This document shows, in pieces, positions 1 to 13,048 of a stretch of DNA of 64,000 nucleotides; position 1 is the first letter of the stretch; each line of letters opens with the position of its first letter. This DNA is from Octopus sinensis. Taxonomy: Eukaryota. Made by a program: the position numbers and the translations under genes. A model generated the notes under the pieces. It was not told the DNA's origin. It saw nothing but the letters and a program-made list of their open reading frames with translations, and ran no database searches. The DNA is taken from assembly GCF_006345805.1 (NCBI RefSeq), contig NC_043001.1:69564001-69628000 (forward strand), given 5' to 3'.

Positions 1-77
1 TCTGTCTGAGTTCCTTTTAGTGACTTGAGAGATGACTAAAGACTCTAATGCATATGTATTAACACTGTATCACGAAG

Positions 78-78
<1 letters not shown>
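1..78 (+). mobile_element. Probable 3' end of a further (AAT)n-targeting retroelement (cut off by window edge)
   Basis: Unique sequence ending ...CACGAAGG directly followed by (AAT)n, the same junction style (G|AAT) as the Dong-like 3' ends downstream; no coding evidence in window. Confidence 0.35.
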
Positions 79-150
<72 letters not shown>

Positions 151-151
<1 letters not shown>

Positions 152-693
152 TGCCAACATTATGGAATAACAACAGAAAAAAGATGGTATAGGCACACAC
201 CAGAAAAGGTCAGAGAAAACGAGAAAGCAACCATACTCTGGGATATGCCGATACACACAGATAGAGAAATTAAGGCCAACAGGCCAGATATAGTTGTCAG
301 AGATCATGAAGAAAAAAATGCTTTCTAATTGATGTATCAATACAGGCTGATGACAACGTGTCTCTAAAAGAAATGGAGAAACTCTCAAAATACAAAGACC
401 TGGAAATAGAGGTAACCAGAATGTGGAATTTGAAAAGAGAAACAATTCCTATCATAGTAGGTGCATTAGGCATGATAAAAAAATATTCAGACAAATACAT
501 AACAAAACACCAGGACTTACAAACACATATAACATACAGAAAATTGCTCTACTAGGCACTGCGCACATCCTACGCAGAACACTTTCCATACAATAACCAT
601 CAGGGCATCACAACAAATCACAACACATACCCAAGGCACACAGAGCTGCAATCGGTAGTGAAGTGAAAGCACGCTATAAAAATAAAACTACTG
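151..693 (+). mobile_element. R4/Dong-clade non-LTR retrotransposon, family A copy 1 (5'-truncated: restriction-like endonuclease + 3' UTR)
   Basis: ICQHYG...ILWDMPIHTDREIKANRPDIVV...LIDVS...EKLSKYKDLEIEVTRMW...IPIIVGALG = RLE (PD..D/ExK) domain; two 1-bp frameshifts; ends ACTACTG|(AAT)n. Confidence 0.88.
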
Positions 694-712
694 AATAATA
701 ATAATAATAATA

Positions 713-747
<35 letters not shown>

Positions 748-765
748 TATAATAATAATAATAAT

Positions 766-1306
766 ATGCCAACATTATGGAATAACAACAGAAAAAAGAT
801 GGTATAGGCACACACCAGAAAAGGTCAGAGTAAACGAGAAAGCAACCATACTCTGGGATATGCCGATACACACAGATAGAGAAATTAAGGCCAACAGGCC
901 AGATATAGTTGTCAGAGATCATGAAGAAAAAAATGCTTTCTAATTGATGTATCTATACAGGCTGATGACAACGTGTCTCTAAAAGAAATGGAGAAACTCT
1001 CAAAATACAAAGACCTGGAAATAGAGGTAACCAGAATGTGGAATTTGAAAAGAGAAACAATTCCTATCATAGTAGGTGCATTAGGCATGATAAAAAAATA
1101 TTCAGACAAATACATAACAAAAACACCAGGACTTACAAACACATATAACATACAGAAAATTGCTCTACTAGGCACTGCGCACATCCTACGCAGAACACTT
1201 TCCATACAATAACCATCAGGGCATCACAACAAATCACAACACATACCCAAGGCACACAGAGCTGCAATCGGTAGTGAAGTGAAAGCACGCTATAAAAATA
1301 AAACTA

Positions 1307-1309
<3 letters not shown>
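766..1309 (+). mobile_element. R4/Dong family A copy 2, near-identical tandem duplicate of 151-693
   Basis: Same 5' truncation point (ATGCCAACAT), same 3' end, shared frameshift at GAAGAAAAAAATGC; only a few differences. Confidence 0.9.
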
Positions 1310-1368
<59 letters not shown>

Positions 1369-1370
<2 letters not shown>

Positions 1371-3077
1371 GACCAAAAATGACCAACAACTCAAGGGCTT
1401 ACTAGCGATAGTCAAAGAATTCAGTGACGAAATTAGAATGCAATTCGGCCTCGATAAATGTGCAAAAGCTACCTTTATCAAAGGAAAAATGACGGAATCA
1501 TCTAACGTTAACCTTGACCTGCAGAATGTCATAAAAGAACTAGACATGCGGAGAGCTACAAGTACCTCGGGGTAGTTGAAGGGAACGGAATAAGGCATTC
1601 AGAGATGAAGGAAATGAACAGGAGAGAATAGTATCGAAGAGTGAGAGCAATACTCAAGACAGAGCTGAATGCAAGAAACATTGATCGAAGCGATCAATGC
1701 TTACAGTTTCAATATCTTTAACTGGTCAATTACTGAAATATGTCAGCTCGACAGAAAAATAAGAAAATTGTTGACAATGCATAGAATGCACCACCCTAAG
1801 GCAGATACAGAACGACTTTATCTGCCAAGAAAAGAGGGAGGCCGTAGTCTTTTGCAACTGGCAATAACAATGAAGATTGCTACAATTGGCCTAGACACCT
1901 ACCTGAAAAACTCTGAGGACTGGATGTTAAAACTTGTCTCAAAACATGAAAACAAAAAAGCATCATACTCAGTAACAAAACAGGCAAAGGAATATCTAAG
2001 TGAATTCCGAATACAACAAATTTCGGAATTTGACATACAAGAAACAAGCACAGAAAAAGCTAGGCGCATGAAAATCCGTTCCAAAACTGCTGCCTTAGAT
2101 ATTCTGAATAATAAATGGCAAAAGAACCTCTCTATGGCAAATGCCCAAAGAGAGCGAATAATGCAGATATTGACAAAGCCCTGACCCATCAATGGCTAAT
2201 GGCCTCTGGCTTAAAATCTGAAAAGGAAGGGTTTATCATAGCAGCCCAAGATCAATGCCTACCAACAAGAAACTACCAGGCCAACACATTAAAGAACGGC
2301 AGTAGCCCAACATGTCGTGTATGTCGACAACAAAATGAAACCATTGATCATGTTGTCTCCACATGCAGTTTTCTAGCGCCTACAGAGTACCTCAACAGGC
2401 ATGATAGAGCTGCACAATATAATCACTGGGTAATTTGCAAAAAACCTGGATTTACCCTATGAAAAAAAATTGTGGGAACACAATCCACCTCCAGTGCTTG
2501 AAAATGACCACATCTCACTCCTCTGGAACTTCACCATTCAAACTGACAGAAAGATAGATGCAAATAGGCCAGACATCATAGTGAAAGACTTCAGACAAAG
2601 AACATGCCTCCTCATTGATATGAGTGTCCCAATCGATATAAACGTATCTGTCAAGACCTACCAAAAACTGAACAAATATAAAGATCTTGAAATAGAAATC
2701 AGCAAAATGTGGACGTTGAAGACTAAAACAATACCTGTTGTCATAGGTGCCCTGGGAATGATAGCGAAAGGGACTGATTGCTACCTAACTCAGATACAAG
2801 GAAACCCCAAAATGGCAGAAATTCAAAAGATAGTGTTCATGGGAACTGCTCATATCCTACGCTAAATATACTCTATGTAATCCCAAGGTTTAAAACAAAA
2901 GTTTTTATTATTTCTTTTTAATTATGTATTAGACATTCACTAGTACAACACAAAAAACCCCAAATATATGGCACACTAGGCATAACAACAACGTGAACTT
3001 CCAACCTGTTGTCTCTTGAGGTCTCTGGGTGAGGCTTGGAGCCAACTTGTACAGACATAAAGCAAAAGTCAAACATA

Positions 3078-3078
<1 letters not shown>
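1369..3078 (+). mobile_element. R4/Dong family B copy 1 (RT C-terminus, CCHC finger, RLE, 3' UTR), frameshifted
   Basis: KNDQQL...FGLDKCAK (RT end), LYLPRKEGGR, CRVCRQQNETIDHVVSTC (CCHC), ANRPDIIVKD..LLIDMSVP..KYKDLEIEI (RLE); ends AAACATAG|(AAT)n. Confidence 0.92.
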
Positions 3079-3151
<73 letters not shown>

Positions 3152-3154
3152 GTA

Positions 3155-3211
<57 letters not shown>

Positions 3212-3260
3212 TAATAATAATAATAATAACAATAATAATAATAATAAAAATTATAATAAT

Positions 3261-4466
3261 AACTGGCAATAACAATGAAGATTGCGACAATTGGCCTAGA
3301 CACCTACCTGAAAAACTCTGAGGACTGGATGTTAAAACTTGTCTCAAAACATGAAAACAAAAAAGCATCATACTCAGTAACAAAACAGGCAAAGGAATAT
3401 CTAAGTGAATTCCGAATACAACCAATTTCGGAATTAGACATACAAGAAACAAGCACAGAAAAAGCTAAGCGAATGAAAACCCGTGCTAAAACTGCTGCCT
3501 TAGATATTCTAAATGATAAATGGCAAGAAAAACCTCTCTATGGCAAATACCCAAAGAGAGCGAATAATGCAGATATTGACAAAGCCCTGACACATCAATG
3601 GCTAATGGCTTCTGGCTTAAAATCTGAAACAGAAGGGATTACCATAGAAGCTCATGATCAATGCCTACCAACAAGGAACTACCAGGCCAGCATATTAAAT
3701 AACGGCAGTAGCCCAACATGTCGTGTATGTCAACAACAAAATGAAACCATTGATCATGTTGTCTCCAAGTGCAGTCTTCTAGCGCATACAGAGTATCTCA
3801 ACAGGCATGATAGAGCTGCACAATATATTCACTGGGTAATTTGCAAAAACCTGGATTTGCCCTATGAAAAACACTGGTGGGAACACAAACCACCTCCAGT
3901 GCTTGAAAATGACCACATCTCACTCCTCTGGAACTTCACCATTCAAACTGACAGAAAGATAGATGCAAATAGGCCAGACATCATATTGAAAGACTTCAGA
4001 CAAAGAACATGCCTCCTCATTGATATGAGTGTCCCAATCGATATAAACGCATCTGTCAAGACCTACCAAAAACTGAGCAAATATAACGATCTTGAAATAG
4101 AAATCAGCAAAATGTGGAACATGAAAACTAAAACAATAACTGTAGCCATAGGTGCCCTGGGAATGATAGCAAAAGGGGCTCATTGCTACCTAACCAGGAA
4201 ACCCCAAAATGGCAGAAATTCAAAAGATAGTATTCATGGGAACTACTCATAACCTACGCAAAATACTTTATATGTAATCTCAAGTTTTAAAACAAACATA
4301 ATTTTCGTATTTTTTTAGACATTCCCTAGTACAAAACTAAATACAAAACCAAATATATGGCATACTATGCATAACAACAATATGAACTTCCAACCTGTTG
4401 TCTCTTGAGGTCTCTGGGTGAGACTTGGAGCCAACTTGTACAAATATAAAGCAAAAGTCAAACATA

Positions 4467-4467
<1 letters not shown>
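3261..4467 (+). mobile_element. R4/Dong family B copy 2 (shorter 5' truncation; ORF 3275-4252)
   Basis: Highly similar to 1857-3078, with CCHC and RLE motifs and the same 3' terminus; small deletion near the ORF end. Confidence 0.92.
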
Positions 4468-4534
<67 letters not shown>

Positions 4535-4537
<3 letters not shown>

Positions 4538-4873
4538 GAGAAACTCTCAAAATAATGGAGAAACTCTCAAAATGCAAAGACCTGGAAATAGAGGTAACTA
4601 GAATGTGGAACCTGAAAACAGAAACAATTCCTATCATAGTAGGTGCATTAGGCATGATAAAAAAATATTCAGACAAATACATAACAAAAACACCAGGACT
4701 TACAAACACATCTAACATACAGAAAATTGCACTACTAGGCACTGCACACATCCTACGCAGAACATTTTCCATACAATAACCATCAGAGCATCACAACAAA
4801 TCACAGCACATACCCAAGGCACACAGAGCTGTGCTCGGTAGTGAAGTGAAAGCACGCTATAAAAATAAAACTA

Positions 4874-4876
<3 letters not shown>
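4535..4876 (+). mobile_element. R4/Dong family A copy 3 (short 3' fragment)
   Basis: EKLSKCKDLEIEVTRMW...ALLGTAHILRRT, same 3' UTR and ACTACTG end as copies 1 and 2. Confidence 0.9.
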
Positions 4877-4940
<64 letters not shown>

Positions 4941-5991
4941 TAGCATCCCCCACACATGGATCCTCGAAACACTAGCCATTAACAAAGTAGCACCAACAAT
5001 CATAAAATTCATAGAGCACTCTATGAATAAATGGCAAACAGTCCTACACCTCCAAACAAAAGAGGGACTCATGAAAACCAAAGACATCCCCATTAGAAGA
5101 GGAATATTCCAGGGAGACACGCTCTCTCCACTCCTTTTCTGCTTGGCACTGTCACCTCTATCTGATATGCTAAATAGAACTGGATGCGGATATAAATGTT
5201 ACGGCAAAACGATCAGCCACCTTTTATATATGGATGACCTAAAACTATACGCTGCAAATGACAAACAGCTGGAAACACTATTAAAGACAGTTCATGGATT
5301 TACCAAAGAAATAGATATGAAATTTGGATTAGAAATATGCGCCAAAGTAACCATGAAAAGAGGAAAACTAGTTAAGAGTAACAACATCACACTAGATAAA
5401 ACCAATGAAATAAAAGAATTAGACCAAAGCCAAACTTACAAATACTTAGGAATCCATGAACTAGATAAGACACAACACACACAAATGAAAGAGAAAATAA
5501 AAAAAGAATATTATAGACGAGTTAGATCAATACTAAAAACAGAGCTCAATGCTAAAAACAAGATAATAGGTATCAACACTTTAGCTGTCCCAGTTATAAG
5601 TTACAGCTACAATATCCTTAACTGGACACGAAATGAACTGTCCAAAATAGATAGGAAAACAAGAAAAATACTGACAGGATCTAGGATGCATCACCCAAAA
5701 TCTGACATAGAAAGACTATATATACAACGTATAGAAGGTGGTAGAGGCCTTATACAGCTGGAAAACTACTATAAAATAACCACCATAGGACTGCAAAAAT
5801 ACCTACTTCAGAAGGAAGGTAAACTGATCCAGATAGCAGCAAACCACGAGCAAAACAAAAAACTGTTCTCAGTATTTAAGGAAGCTGACAAATACAAACA
5901 AGAAATCATACCACCTAATAAACACAAAGAAGAAGAAGAAGATGATGAAGAAACAACAAAAGCTATAAAACGAATGAAATCCAAACTATAG
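4941..5991 (+). mobile_element. R4/Dong-clade reverse transcriptase fragment (open frame, includes ORF 5023-5991), truncated at both ends
   Basis: SIPHTWI..., RRGIFQGDTLSPLLFCLAL, SHLLYMDDLKLYA, FGLEICAK, LYIQRIEGGRGL = non-LTR RT domains; lacks CCHC/RLE. Confidence 0.92.
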
Positions 5992-6153
5992 CCTCTCTAT
6001 AACAGGCAGAAGAAGTCATTTCAGACAGGTAAGTGAAGGAAATTAGAAAAAAAAAATAGCTGGTAGACCCCGGGACCAGATGGAGATCAACGCTACCTGA
6101 TGTGAAGATTTGATGTGAATCTCAGTGTATGTTTATATATATATATATATATT

Positions 6154-6245
6154 TATATAAATACAGTCTACATATAAAGACATGAGAGGTAACCTTCATT
6201 GGATGGATACCTCTTATGTGTTTAAATGTACACTGTATTTATATG
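6154..6245. repeat. Short imperfect inverted repeat made of two pLTR 3'-end copies
   Basis: AAATACAGTCTACATATAAAGACATGAGAGGT vs ACCTCTTATGTGTTTAAATGTACACTGTATTT (28/32 complementary); right arm matches the element tail at about 28075-28107. Confidence 0.75.
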
Positions 6246-6299
6246 AATAATATATAGTCTATTGACTAATGTTCCTACAAGCTAGACCACTGGTAGTAA

Positions 6300-7204
6300 A
6301 AATATTTTACGGTCAGAAAGAACACCTGTATTTTATGGTCTCCTTAAACTACACAAAAGGTTCGAAATATTTCCTCCAATGCGCCTAATTTGTAGTAGAT
6401 TTGAATGTTGTACTGCCAAGATTTCGTAATGCCTGGATGGCTTTTTGCTCCCTGTCGCAAAAAGTTAAAGTCCTATATTCGGAGTACTTTTGATTTTGTG
6501 TCTAAAATCAATAACTTTTTTAAGCACCAAGGTCGTGTTCGAGAACTATTTTTGGTAACTATGGATGTTACTTCCTTATATTAAAATATTGACCACGATG
6601 AAGGGGTAGAAGTATAGATGCCTTCGAAAGCGGTCAAACAAAAGTATCCCATCAAATTTTCTCAGTAAATTATTGAGGTTTGTGTTACAAACACAATGGA
6701 GTTTAGACAAAGGTTTTACCACCAGACGAAGGGTTGCGGCATGGGTAGTCCCATGGTAGTTAATTTCGCTAATGTCTTCATGACGAATTTCGAGACACAG
6801 TTACTGAAGACATCCAAATCCCTTCTTGGTCTTGGATCATTGCTCTGGTTACGGTTTATTGATGAGGTCTTTTTGTCTGGGAATAATCACCGGATAGTTT
6901 AATGAACTTTTTTCATTTCTGTGAGTGTTATGCTAAAAAGCACGGCTTTAAGTCCAACATAAAATTAACGTCTAGTTTTTCAAAAACTAACATTGAATTT
7001 TTGGACGCCAAAGTTACGTTTTCTGGAAGTAGAATAGTGACAGAGTTATTTTGCAAGCACTGGTTATCCCACATTTATCTCCACCACCGCTCCGATCATC
7101 CACATCGTATTATTCGGTCAAATCTGAAGTCCCAATTTTTTAGGATAAAACGGATAAAACTCGGCAAAGACAGACTTGCTGTTAAAATATCGTTCAAGCA
7201 ATAA
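6300..7204 (+). pseudogene. Penelope-like element reverse transcriptase, decayed
   Basis: PVFYGLLKLHK..PPMRLICS, LVTMDVTSLY, GCGMGSP..FANVFM, WLRFIDEVF, IEFLD, YLHHRSDHP = PLE RT motifs; multiple stops and frameshifts. Confidence 0.88.
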
Positions 7205-7279
7205 GATATCTATTACAATCGAATCGCGCTCTTCGTCTTCACTGTTAGCCTTTATGGAGAGTACGTCAATCTTTTAAAA

Positions 7280-7393
<114 letters not shown>

Positions 7394-8069
7394 ACAACAA
7401 CAACAATAATAATATCATTGACGATGATTACGATAATGATGATAGCTTGAAACTCAGGTAAATACCAACAGAATATTAACGATTGCCATATTGAAAAGAG
7501 TCATATTTCTTTTCTAAATTGTTTACTCAGGGCAAATTAGTCTCACAGTTTGAAACAATAATAGACTTTTAGCACCGTTAAAAATAATACCAAAATGCAT
7601 ATATTCCGAAACTATTGAATTGCGTTCAGTGTGAAACAATATTTTTTTCACACTTCATACAATAGATTAAATAAAATATGAACACAAAAGTAACTAGGAG
7701 AAACCATGGCTGTTCTCATATGACGTAGATTTGTACCTATAGGTTTGAGTTATAAAGGGACACCTAGCTTAATACACCCATATTTTTCCCCAAAGATATT
7801 ACATGAAGAATGATCAATCAGTAGGAATTCTACTGAAGACACAGATTAAAGTATTCAGTATGTTTATATGTATATACTCAGTCTGATAATGAGTTTCGGC
7901 CTACATATTAAGTATTATGATATATTTTGAAATGTTTTAATTCATAGCTCCTCGATACAGGCATATCACGTATCAGAGCCTTCAAACAGCTGATAAATTC
8001 CAACTCTTTACTATAGAGAACAAAACAGGGAAATAGAGGTGTTTAAGTACAACGTATAATAAAAAGAAA

Positions 8070-8600
8070 ACTATATATTTATAAAGTGAGAATTTACAAA
8101 AACATAAAAGACGAAGACGGGTGAGTAAACAAGAAATATGAATTAGTTTAACGCCCGAGAAGTGAGAAAGTCTTTTACGTTTCAAGCCTTCGCTTTTCTA
8201 CAGAGAGCAACACAAAAATAAATAGCGAGAGAAAATGGGAAAAGGTTTAGTGGCTAACGATCTATCATGGCGAATGTCAGACAGAGGGGTCAAATAGGAA
8301 AGCTAGGAAGAAGGGGAGATAATAAAGAAGTGGTGATCCCAAAACGAAGGTGTGAGAGCGTGTATATGCCTGTGGAAGGGGGCTAGTAACATTGTCGTGT
8401 GCATGTGTAGGTGTGTGGATGATGCTGTAGGTGCTGGGAAGTGGTTAGTGCTAGTGTGTGCGGGGTGGTGTGATGTGGTGTGTAGTATGGTGATATGGTG
8501 TAGTGATGTGTTGTATGGAGGTGTGTGATATGGTGGTGTATGGTGTGGTTGTGTGTGGAGTAGCGGTGTGGTGTGGTGGTCGGTGGGGTAGTGTAGTGGC
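8070..8600 (-). mobile_element. PLE 3' UTR/pLTR remnant (family P1)
   Basis: Homologous to 22715-23100, which is the 3' end of a GIY-YIG-bearing PLE; same GT-rich UTR and hammerhead. Confidence 0.75.
8170..8207 (-). ncRNA. Minimal type I hammerhead ribozyme motif (family P1, A6U variant)
   Basis: Minus strand: CUGUAGA-A-AAGC gaag GCUU-GAA-ACGU-A-AAAG. Confidence 0.65.
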
Positions 8601-9529
8601 GTATATATATATTCGGGTTCAGTAAAATAAGTACTAGTTGAGTGCTGCTGGCGTCGATATAATCGACTTGCTCAGTTTCCCGTTATTGCTTATAGCCGCC
8701 TTCGTTATTATATAATTTTTACATCATATGTAAACATTGATTCATATGGATAAACTAGAATTTTAGTATGATGATTTTTCTTGCTGTGTGGCGGTTGGCT
8801 CCCCATTCAGTACAAAACGTGTGCTTCTTTGCGGTTAAGACGGGTTTTACCTCTTATTTTTAGATATGTAGGTGCAACCCTGCACCGTCAGTGACAATTA
8901 GTGACAAGGAGTTCTTCCGTTCCGGTTTTTATATCGCTTATAGCCGCTTTCGTTATATTATGTGTATATTTATACATGCGTGCGTGTGGGGTGAGGTTAT
9001 GAATTCACGCCTTTGATGCCTTGTGGAAAGTAGCAACATCTATACGCAATATTTATAACGCTCGCTGCACAAAAAATTTTCTACACATACACATACACAC
9101 ATAATCGTGCAGACAGCAAACCTCTACCCGCAATTCTAACATAATTCTGTTGAGTGTGATTATCATATAATGGTTTCTAAAGCAATTAGGCTGCAAAATT
9201 ACATTATTGATTTACTATAGGGAGATATTGAAATGGAAGTTATAGGTGTCTGTAAAGGAACCAATTTTAAAATCAAATCAATTTAGTTATTAATTATACA
9301 TAGACTGGACTATTCCACTATAATAATTTCGCACATCTTGTGGAAACAACCCGATATATAGAGTGTAAGGCGCGTACGCACACACCCACGCAAACATACA
9401 CATACATACGCAAGCACAAACGTGCGGTGTTGTTGTACAAACGTATGTAAGCTTGTACGGATATATAAATATGTGTATGCATGTCTCTGCATAAATGTCT
9501 ATATAAATATATGCCTATGCACACACACA

Positions 9530-9573
<44 letters not shown>

Positions 9574-9662
9574 GTGTGTGTGTGTGAGTCTGTATATATA
9601 AACTAAATATTATATAAGTATATATAAATGCATATATACATACATATACACCTATATATGCA

Positions 9663-9763
<101 letters not shown>

Positions 9764-9793
9764 GGCGCACACACATATACACACGTATATATA

Positions 9794-9846
<53 letters not shown>

Positions 9847-10169
9847 ATTATGTTTATATAAGCATGTGTGGATATTTCGAGGTCAGTATTTGTGCGCATT
9901 TAGGTATATATCTTTATATATAAATATTTTTGTATAAATATATAATCACATATGATATGAAATTATAGTATATGCGTTTAAACAGAAATGAAGTGATGCA
10001 AGGTTGGCAGAGAAGAGAAATTACATATTATTAAGTTGCTTTCTGTCGCTTAGGAAGCTTAATCTTTACCTACCTATTTCGTACACTACGGTGAAGGGCA
10101 AAGTAGGTGCGGGATATATATACTTGTATAGTGACTAGTATGTGTATGTGCATACACACACACAATCGA

Positions 10170-10345
10170 GGCCCATGTATTAGTATTTCTGTTGTGGGAC
10201 TCGTGATCGTAAGTTTGTGGTTTCGATTCCTGAACCGGGCGATGCGCTGTGTTCTTGAGCCAAGCACCATATTTCCAGTTGCTGCATCCCACTCAACTAG
10301 TAAAAATCAGTAATCCTGTGGCAGACCAGCGTCCCATATGCGAAT
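10170..10345 (+). mobile_element. Degenerate tRNA-derived SINE (head and core)
   Basis: B-box GGTTTCGATTCC followed by TGTGTTCTTGAGCCAAGCAC core. Confidence 0.6.
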
Positions 10346-10407
10346 ACATTCGTCAGAATAAAAATGGAAAACCGTTCCATGCTCCTTACTGCGTAATACG
10401 AAATAAC

Positions 10408-10471
<64 letters not shown>

Positions 10472-10772
10472 TATTCTAGACGTAGTTATACATTGGTGTA
10501 AGTCACATGAATTTAATATCATTTGTATTATTTTGCAAACAGTTACCGATATTTTCATTAATTCACTGGGAAGTAGTTCCTCCCTCTCCACCTTTACTTT
10601 CGGTTAGTTATAGATTGGATTTTAGTTGTTTTGCATGGAGCCAAGATGCGTTCTAATTGCAGAATTCTTTATTATACAGGAAAAAGACTGCAATATATAA
10701 TTATGATATATGAACAACTGTACCCACTACCTCCCGCATACTACGTGCCCTTACATTTGATCGCATAAATTA

Positions 10773-12836
10773 CACTCGTCAACAGCAAAATTACTGTGTA
10801 AATTTTTTTAGCCGATTTAGGACTATGCTGAAGTGCTAAATCCAAAAAATCACATTAGTTTTGCTCAATCAGGTCAGGATTTTGAACTATGTTATTTTCT
10901 AAGGTTTTTGTTTACATGTACGGGTATTTTTGCTTTATATAATGCAAAATTCTTTTTTTTTATTTCTTGAAATAAACCAACTTATTTTACAGATGAATGA
11001 AATGGCTTCGACCAGAACACCTTGCAAATGGAAGCCTCGTATTCTGTTACATACGTGGTGAATACACCATTATTATTAACAGGAATCCAGTTACAAGTTT
11101 TATAAAACATGCTTACCATGCTTACTTTTGGTATTAAACTTGGTGACCAGGATAAAGCTTGGGTGTCACGCATGGTATGCAAAGAATGCGCCGAGAATCT
11201 GCGTCAGTGGACCAAGTGCAAGAAGAGTTATCTGAAGTCTGGAATTCCCATGGAAGTGACTGCTATTTCTACGCTACTGATGTAATTGAGATCAACAGAA
11301 ATAACCGGAACAACCTCAAATATCCTGATCTTCAATCAGCACCTCGTCCTGTAGCTCACTGTAATGAAATTTCAGTACATGTCTTCGGAGAACTTCTGAC
11401 ACTAGCGACGAAGAATCATCCAGCGTTCATGAAGGTGAAGAAAAAAAGTAGTTCTTGATGATGATGCTTCACATCCGTTTTCCAAAAGTGAGCTAAGTGA
11501 TTTAGATCGCAATCTCGGATTGTCAAAGTCCTCTACCGGACTGTTGGCATCCAGAGTGAAGAATAAAAACCTCCTCTCTGACAGTGCTTGCATCACCTTC
11601 TATCGCAACAGGCATCAAGAGTACCTCCGTTTTATTTTCTCTGACAAGTACTTGTTGTACTGTACAAATATTACTCATTTTCTGCACAAGCTTGTAGTGC
11701 CACAGTACGAATCCAAAGATTAGAGACTATTCATTGACAGCAGCAAGCGATAGTTGAAATGTGTTCTGCGGTAGGGTCACTGCTCAGCATTACAAGAAGA
11801 AGGACTAACTTTTGAAGGAGGAATTGGTACCTTGTAGAACTGAAAACCTCATAAACAACCCTCTAGTGGACAGAGACAAAATACTTTTCACACCACTGCA
11901 CATCAAGCTCGGCTTGACCACGCAATTCACCAAAGCTCTGGACAATGATGATTCACATACTTGTGCCCGGCTTTTCCAGGATTGATCATTGAGAAGTTGA
12001 AAGTTGGCATCTTTGACTGTCCTCAAACCTACCAGCTCATCAGAGAGCCTGAGTTTGAAAACTCAATGAAGGAAGTGGAACTGGAAGCGTGTAAGGCTTC
12101 TGTTCTGGTCGTGAAAAACTTTCATGGCAACAACAAGACGAGAAACTACGCAGAACTTGTCACTGATATGCTGATTGCTTTCAGAAATCTTGGATGCAAC
12201 ATGAGCATTAAAATGCATTACTTATTCTTACATATGGATCGGTTTCCTGAGAATCTGGGATCAATGAGCGCCGAGGAGGGGGAAGGATGGAGACCAGGTA
12301 TCAGGGACGCTGAGATTTAGACATGATGGCAGCTTAGTACTGGACTCTAATGCGAGTCATTCTAGAGTTTCAAACAAAAGCAAGTTCAAGCCCTGAATTT
12401 TGAACAAGGATGACACAAGATTTAATTTACATGTACTTATAATTATCAGTGTCTACTATGTAATTTACAGTAATCGAAGTTTGTAACATTTAATTAATAG
12501 TGTAAGAAAACAATTTTTTTTTAAATCTTAAAAACCTATTTCGGATGAGAAATATTAACAAAAATCAACCGATAATGTCAGAAAAGTGTAATCAATTTAA
12601 TGAATAATATCCAAAGCATCACACACGTGCGCGCGCACATTAACAAAAATTAACTTATAATATCAGAAAAATGTAATCAATTTAGTCAGAATATCGGATT
12701 TAAAAAAAATCAACTTAGCATAGAAACATGACCTGATCGAGAGAAATGGATGTTATTTTCGCATTCAGCGGTGGAAAGTTGTAAACTAGTGGAAAAAACT
12801 AGAATAAATTGGAAAAACTTTTATTCTTATCCAGTG
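10773..12836 (+). mobile_element. Chapaev3-like (CMC superfamily) DNA transposon, decayed and internally deleted
   Basis: YFGIKLGDQDKAW..HMVCKEC, DCYF, LFIDSSKR, PPLHIKLG, KMHYLFLH, LGSMSAEEGE motifs; CAC...GTG termini with imperfect subterminal inverted repeats (GCTGAA...ATCAGGTCA); family assignment from remembered motifs. Confidence 0.68.
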
Positions 12837-13001
12837 TTGTTGTAATATGTACTTTTATGCATCCAGAAAGGTATTTACTTATATGCATTTACTATGTGTA
12901 TGACGACATGTCTGCATCTATTTTAAGTTTGTATATATGTATTTATGCACCTCTATGCATGTGTGCTTGCGTGCATGTGTGTGTGTATGTATATTACATG
13001 C

Positions 13002-13048
<47 letters not shown>

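Larger units (their letters stand above)
79..4940. repeat. (AAT)n microsatellite spacers at about 79-150, 694-765, 1310-1366, 3079-3260, 4468-4534, 4877-4940
   Basis: Direct reading; each tract separates two retroelement fragments. Confidence 0.95.

Noticed and set aside
79-4940. Regular repeat-spacer-repeat pattern resembling a CRISPR-like array
   Set aside because: Eukaryotic context; the spacers are hundreds of bp of retrotransposon sequence and the repeats are variable-length microsatellites
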